A DNA stretch of 64,000 nucleotides from Epithemia pelagica (taxonomy: Eukaryota > Protista > Bacillariophyta). Positions within the stretch are counted from its first letter, which is position 1; every line of letters begins with the position of its first letter. The notes under the pieces were generated by a model. It was not told where the DNA came from. It made no database searches and was given only the letters and a program-made list of their open reading frames with translations. The position numbers and the translations under genes were made by a program. Where the stretch lies: the NCBI GenBank assembly GCA_946965045.2, contig OX337228.1:62001-126000 (forward strand). The letters run 5' to 3'. Positions 58,301-64,000 of the stretch are shown here, one piece after another.

Positions 58301-59273
58301 ACACACGTACCAAGTCGTTAATGAATTGAAGCGCAATAAAGTTGAAAAAGATTTCCAAGACTTGTGATTCAATCATGATGAGTAAAAAGGAGGCAAAGAT
58401 GGAAAGGGTTCCCACCAACATGCGACAGGTGACAGACAAGACAAATTTACTATACGAGCATTCATGAAACTTTTTCTCCAAGGCCTCTTTTTGATAGCCG
58501 TCATTGATCAATATCATTCCTTCGACAATCTCATCTTGCAAGGGAATGAGCATAATGAGGGCAATCACTATAATATACAAAACATTAAGGTGCAATGAGG
58601 ACCGCACGTGAGAACAGAAGCAGTTACGTAGTCAGAGGGAGGACCAGACGATTCGGAGTACCCAATACAATCGAAAGCAAGACCAATACAGCAGGAATAA
58701 CCCAAGGCCAACATGTCTGGACATACCTTGCGCAATTCGAACGGCCGGATCGACATTGGCGGGGAAGCCAAAGGGATTGACGCCATCGGACGTGTCCGTG
58801 ACATCAATCAATACCAAAATGTAGGTGGCAAATTGAAAAAAGGTGACCAGCATACCAAAAGAAAAGGGCATGGATCGGTAGGGAGCAATCATGACCATGG
58901 AAAAGGTATCTTCCGGCAAGCGTTTTTCGGTTTGGAGTCGTTCATTTTCCGACGGTTCATATTCGCCCGGAAGTCGTACCACTCGAAAGGATCCACCGGG
59001 CCGTTGAATCGTAGCCGTTTGTTGCTGTTGTTGTTGTTGCTGTACATGAGCCTGTTCCTCGGGTGGTTCTCTGGTCAGTAATAGTGCGGATGCCGCTGTT
59101 TCCTCCGATTGCAAGGGTGAGGATGGATCGGACCCTGTCGTTTTGCAGTGGAGCCGCCTCTCTTCATCGCCCGTCAACAAGACCTTTTCTTGAGAGGATC
59201 CCAGGGTGGTGTTCGTTGTTTGTTGGAATTGTAAAAGTCCTTCATCATCAGTCACTTCGCTGGTTTCCGACAT
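55364..59273 (-). CDS. Multi-pass membrane protein with EGF-like, LNR-like (CD..FNT..F.YD.GDCC) and beta-propeller (FG-GAP/WD-like) ectodomain; 4 exons (59273-58727, 58567-58311, 58198-57040, 56952-55364)
   Basis: TM block ...VLEIFFNFIALQFINDLDNLAFQLA; CVCGPKTFGRRC and CQCLDGSTGNKC; GKCDVGFNTWDFAYDLGDCC; LSPNGRIL / MSRNGRFI / LSTDGTTM blades. In-phase GT-AG introns. Confidence 0.75.
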
Positions 59274-59378
59274 TGTCTTCCTTCTTGTTTTATTTTATGG
59301 TTCTATGCAGTGGTTTGTGGTGCTAAGCGGCCGAACCGCATAGTAAGTGGGGCGTTTCTTCTTGGGGGAAGAAAGTGG

Positions 59379-60254
59379 CTATTGGGAATGGAGTGTACAG
59401 GGGTGGTTGTGGGGCGTATACCTTGCCCGCTGGGTTTTCTTGTATCTGCTTTCATATTCTTGGTTGCGCAGCGCAGAAATTTGTTTGTTTAGATGTTTGG
59501 CCAGGGACGTTACCAGGGCGTGTCCAAGTGACGCCTTTGCGTAATGTCCTATCGAGTGGATGTGTGCTTCGTCGTATCGAAATCTTGGTGATCGTTTGGT
59601 GGCTTTGTTGGCGATGTTGTTTGGAGCGTATTCGATTTCTTGGTAGAGGTCAAAGGCGGCGGTATGTTGTTTGCTTCTTGAGGGTGTCCGTCCGAAGTGT
59701 GCATCTGGCCATTGTGGTGGGATGGCCGAGGAGAATTCGTGTGGCAAGTCGTCCTGGTGGAAGAGAAGGCGCTGGGCGAAGGATCCAAGGGATCCGAGAT
59801 GATCAACGGTGAATGGGATCATATATACTCCGTTTCCAAGAAGGTGTTTTGCTGTGTTGTCGTCATGGCAGAATTTCGAACGGGCTGCTTCATGGTGCGG
59901 TCTGGAGGCTGCAAGGCCAAGGGCACTGTTATCGACCGGGACGGGAAGTGGTGTTCGAGCATGAGGGGGCGGGATGGTGACATCAATGGCCACATAGTTG
60001 AAGGGTTCGTTCTTCTGTGGTTGTTTAAGCAACAATCCAACGTCGGCTGGTCTCACATTTCTTGTGTGTTGTGGGGCCAGACCGGGAGGTTCGATGTGGA
60101 CGTCCTTGCAGTCCTCTACGTAGCCGGCCGCGGGTGCCAGGCGGGAGAGGAGGTCGTAGACGGTGTCCCTTACTGCATTGGAGAGGGCCGTCTTCGAAGC
60201 CATTTCGGCATCATTTTCTACCCCCAAGCAGGGGTGAATAGTCGGGTCGCACAT
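59379..60254 (-). mobile_element. 3' remnant of a non-LTR retrotransposon with restriction-like endonuclease (CRE/R2-type)
   Basis: (S)NAVRD, RPADV, AIDVT, HEAARSK and PFTVDHLGSLG match the R-x-x-D / PD-(D/E)xK layout of RLE domains. No RT domain present. Confidence 0.72.
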
Positions 60255-60270
60255 GTGTCGTGAATTCGAG

Positions 60271-61296
60271 GTGCAAAGTCTTATTCACCCCCACGGCGCG
60301 AGGGTCCAAAATTGGCGATTTCTCGACTTTGCCACAAACCACAAAAACACACCACACATTCACCACGGAGCCAATCTTGAGAGTGTCATAACATCACCCA
60401 TGAACGTTCAATCCTTCACCCAAGATGACCAACATGTCTCCCTTGCCCCACCGGACCATCGTGAACCTGCGGTTGCCTCCGAAACCCGCCGCAACGAGTC
60501 TCTCCATGGTCTGCATACCACCACCAAGAACAACCATACCAACGAGACAGATGACCATCCTTTCCATCCATCCATGCAAGCTCTCCTTTTGATCCAACCA
60601 TCCGCAAGCCTCCCTTGCACCTCCACAGACCAAATGGAGGCTTTGCATTCGCTCGAAACCACAATCAACCAGGCTTTTCCGATTACAACGGCAAGACGAC
60701 TCGTGCTTGGGGATTGTCTATTTGTTTGCTTATCACCATCTATGTCATAAACTATGGTTGATTGTTATCTTGTTGTCTTCGTCTTGGGGGAAGCTAGATG
60801 CAACAAACGAGAGGTGATTGCTGTGTGATCTTGGTGCTTCGTATCTTTGAGCTTAATTTGTGTCTTATCATTGTTGTGTGTGGAGAGTGAAGACCCCAAT
60901 GTTGTTGTTGTTGTCGAGTGCTGAGGGCCTTGTTTTCCATGGGATAAAGATAGGCCGATGCAATCAATGAAGGAAGGAGAGAAAGGAAGAGGGGGAACAT
61001 CGTCAATGCCTGATAGAAAGGAATAATGGGTGAGAAGAAGGTTGTTTTGGGCGATGCTTCTGTTGCTGCCTACCATGGACCTTGGTAAGCCAATGTCAAC
61101 CTTTCTGCACCACCATCAAGTCATACAGTCCACATGCGCCTTGTTTTGGATGATGGTGGCCTTTGGGCAGTGATGATGGGCCATGGACGATCGCATCACC
61201 TCCAGTGCCGTGGTGAAAGCGCGGAGTGGTTGCGAGGTTTGTGTTAAAGTCGAGAGCGGAAGGGACGCGCCGTGGGGGTGAGAAAGAGTTTGCACA
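60271..61296. repeat. Diverged inverted repeat (about 60271-60370 vs 61205-61296)
   Basis: gtgcaaagtcttattcacccccacggcgcg versus cgcgccgtgggggtgagaaagagtttgcac; shared tctcgacttt..cacaaacc and ttcaccacgg further in. Confidence 0.75.
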
Positions 61297-62300
61297 CCAG
61301 GATCGAATCACTAAACCTCATGACTCACCCCCGCTGGGGGGTAATCATTTTCTTTGGGGGGAGAGCGTGACAAAAAAGGAGAAATTGTGCGGAAATAGCG
61401 ATTGGGTGTATATATCTGTACTATTTGTTCTATATTATAGAATGCAACCCAACGTTCACAACTATTGATTTGAAAAAAGGAGTGTCAAAATTTTCAGTCC
61501 AAACCGTCCACAATCGCTATGTTCGCTAGAGCAAGTAAGGTCTTGTCAATCTTTATTCGGTCTACATTCTATATATGGACATAGGTACTCCTCTCTATGG
61601 TAACAAAAGCATACTGCAGCTCTCTCCTTTTTATGTGAATGAAGAACATAATCTGGATCTACTACCTACTAGGTAGCTTTGTTGAAAAAAGGGAGAGATG
61701 CTCGAAAAAGGATTCCATCCCAACCTCTACCTTCAACTACAGTTCGAGAGTGACGTTCCACCGGCCATCTTTGACCTCCTAACATTCTTGGTAAACTGCC
61801 AGGTATTCGATTGTTTGTTTGACGCTTGTCGTGTCTAGGCAGGAAGAACCAGACAAAGAGCGACGAGCCACTATAGCATCCACGCCGCTCTCCACGACTT
61901 GATTGTGGCCTTCACACTCTCTTGGGAGAACTGTTGTCTTCTTGACATGGGGAGGCTGCTGAGTTGCGGCTCGCTACGCTTTGGTTTTGGTCAATGGCGC
62001 CTTGTCCGGAACCATGACTCCAAGAGTTTGCGTTTTTCGGAGGCTTGCCAGCCCATCCACGGAGGATGATCTTTCTCGTCCATCCAGCACGACAAGGTTG
62101 TTGTCAACCAGAGTTGCTCGGTAATTGAAAATAGTTGAAAAGGTCATTGCGAACAAACTTTTTTCCGCCGCGCGGCGTGGTTCGACGAGGTTCCTCACGC
62201 GGCAGTGCGTCGCTTCGCATTTCCAGTCTCGACCTGTGTCACACAGTCCATCACTTGACACACATACTACCATCCCACAGCAGTCCACCACCATCACACC

Positions 62301-62744
62301 ATGGGCTGCGCTCCCTCCAAACTCCCTCCCGAAGGACACCAGCTCCTCGCCCACGACACACACGTGACAATCAAAGAACCAGTGTGGGTCCGCTTGACCT
62401 TTCGCCACCTCCGCACCCCCCACAAGCGTGCCAACTACTTGTTCCTGCGGACCAAGGGGTCGCTGGCCATTTCCAATCAACGCATCCTGGGCTACATTCG
62501 GAACAAACGCGGACGAATGGAACGACAAGTGAATGTGGCCTTGGATGACACGGCCACCAGCACCCGAAGCATACAGTTTGCCGTCAATGAAAAAGGCCAG
62601 TTTGTCGTGCACGCGGATTTGGCCGTGACCCAGCCAGGCGGAAGATACGCGGGGACCATGGAATTGGTCTATTGCCTCCCCGAGTCGGCGAGTACGACCG
62701 TTCTCAGCCTTCTGCCCCCCGTACTCCTCCGTAGTCCTCGGTAG
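62301..62744 (+). CDS. Small intronless protein with an N-terminal MGCxxSK acylation motif and a PH-like beta core
   Basis: MGCAPSK; GSLAISNQRILGY...VNVALDD...GTMELVY. Confidence 0.65.
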   Translation: MGCAPSKLPPEGHQLLAHDTHVTIKEPVWVRLTFRHLRTPHKRANYLFLRTKGSLAISNQRILGYIRNKRGRMERQVNVALDDTATSTRSIQFAVNEKGQFVVHADLAVTQPGGRYAGTMELVYCLPESASTTVLSLLPPVLLRSPR

Positions 62745-63314
62745 TCCTTATACCGACCTACCGGGAAGTATGTGCTAAAAACCCACCAGTTTATCTTCTT
62801 TTAGAAAACCAGCAACATATCTATCATTTGTTTGTATAAGATCCGAGAACCTTAGGTTATCTTATGACTACTAGTAGAAATCTATAGCCATTTCCCGTCG
62901 CTACCATTCATTAGTTTTGCCGTCTTTTCTTCGACCAAAAATTCTTTATCGTTTCGACTTCCCACCGACACAACATTCCATATAGTCGCTGTGAATATAT
63001 ACGTCTATTAACCGCTAGGTACTCCTCAATACCCGGGGTAATCCATGTTTTCCAGGATTTCTATGAATTAGTCTCGACTCGCGCGCGCGCCATTTCCATG
63101 CTCGGTCCACCTCGGGAGTTCATTAATGCCGCTCACTCATTTTTCCCTCGAAATATTGTAATATTACATTGTCTCTCGATTCTCCATGGCGCAATCGCAG
63201 TCTGGTTCGTTTCCATCCTGTAACTGAGAGCAAGACTGTGACCTACACACACAAGACTCTTCTTGCAAGGTTTCTTTGTATTCGCAGACCAAGGAGGAAA
63301 CACCATACCAAGGA

Positions 63315-64000
63315 ATGTCTCGTGTGCCGGCAACATCCCTGGAGGCCCCCACTCATCATGCCATGGAGGTGGAGACGTTGGAGTCTAGTTTGGCCGCCCC
63401 CAAGAAGATCCTCACCCAACAAGAACAACAACCACAAGAGTCAAACCCAATCGTTTCGAGCGACGAAGCATCTCCCGTCGCAACGACCAGGGTACGTCCT
63501 GTGAGGGCCGAGGATGATCATGAGCATGAGGAAATGAAGGACCCTGGTCCAGCGAACGACACACACCAAAGAACAACAACAGAAGAGACGCCCACGTCAC
63601 TAAACAATGTGTGGGAAGCACTCGAGTCTCTCGATTCGGAAGGATGCGCTTGCACAGGAGGTTTAGCGACAGAGTTGCCCTTTTTACCAGGACTGGTGGT
63701 GGAAAGAGTCGGACAAGTCCAGGTACCAATGGATCCCGACACGGCCACCAAACTCCAAACAGGGCAACAACTACAACAACCACAACAATCGGTTCGGGAC
63801 AAGTCGGACCGTATGCTTCAAACGGTGGGTGACATTTTGGTTCCCAAAGACCACCAAGACAACTGTAACGTGGGTAATGGCACAATTCAAGTGGATGCCG
63901 ATAAGATCACATTGACGAATCCAGCCTGGTGTGCTGGTTTGAACGAGCTGACAAAAAGGGTATGCACCGATCTGGGTGTCAATCCTGACATGGTACAGTG
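63315..64000 (+). CDS. 2OG-Fe(II) oxygenase family protein, N-terminal part (runs off the window)
   Basis: Frame open from ATG 63315 to the window end: LPGLVVERVGQVQVPM...IQVDADKITLTNPAWCAGLNELTKRVCTDLGV, the typical lead-in to the YKLL...HxD core. The catalytic motif lies beyond the window. Confidence 0.65.
   Translation, partial: MSRVPATSLEAPTHHAMEVETLESSLAAPKKILTQQEQQPQESNPIVSSDEASPVATTRVRPVRAEDDHEHEEMKDPGPANDTHQRTTTEETPTSLNNVWEALESLDSEGCACTGGLATELPFLPGLVVERVGQVQVPMDPDTATKLQTGQQLQQPQQSVRDKSDRMLQTVGDILVPKDHQDNCNVGNGTIQVDADKITLTNPAWCAGLNELTKRVCTDLGVNPDMVQ

Noticed and set aside
60254-60760. Twin-priming 5' inversion as the explanation of the retroelement junction
   Set aside because: The inverted segment shows no RT motifs expected immediately upstream of the endonuclease, so the model is unsupported without a full-length reference.

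Overview
Eukaryotic nuclear DNA with GT-AG introns, Lhcr antenna genes carrying AAAFAP bipartite targeting signals, and poly-Thr/Gln tracts, most consistent with a pennate diatom (inference). Host genes: TBCE, SKP1-like, AMPK-gamma/SNF4-type CBS protein, two tandem Lhcr, a full cytosolic-type acetyl-CoA carboxylase, a NAD(P)-binding Rossmann protein, a stand-alone Hpt protein, a MATE transporter, a multi-pass EGF/LNR/beta-propeller protein and a truncated 2OG-Fe(II) oxygenase. The window is heavily reshuffled by local duplications: three GDS/DxxH (SGNH-like) paralogues, a ~3.8 kb inverted segmental duplication, several gene fragments and a reused promoter-like cassette. The two most striking items are adjacent. 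(1) An apparently intact 4.25 kb tyrosine-recombinase (Crypton-like) element at 37355-41606, bounded by CCTCGG direct repeats with internal 10-bp inverted arms, so excision would produce a loxP/dif-like 10-6-10 palindromic junction; its 6-exon, 927-aa recombinase has RxxR in place of HxxR. (2) 18 bp outside its end, a 197-nt rod-like hairpin whose mismatches are almost all tandem sheared G.A pairs (nine of them) when folded on the minus strand. An unnamed repeated beta-rich domain (at least 5 copies in two membrane-protein architectures) and a CRE-like retrotransposon endonuclease remnant are also present. All calls were made by eye; no database searches were run.
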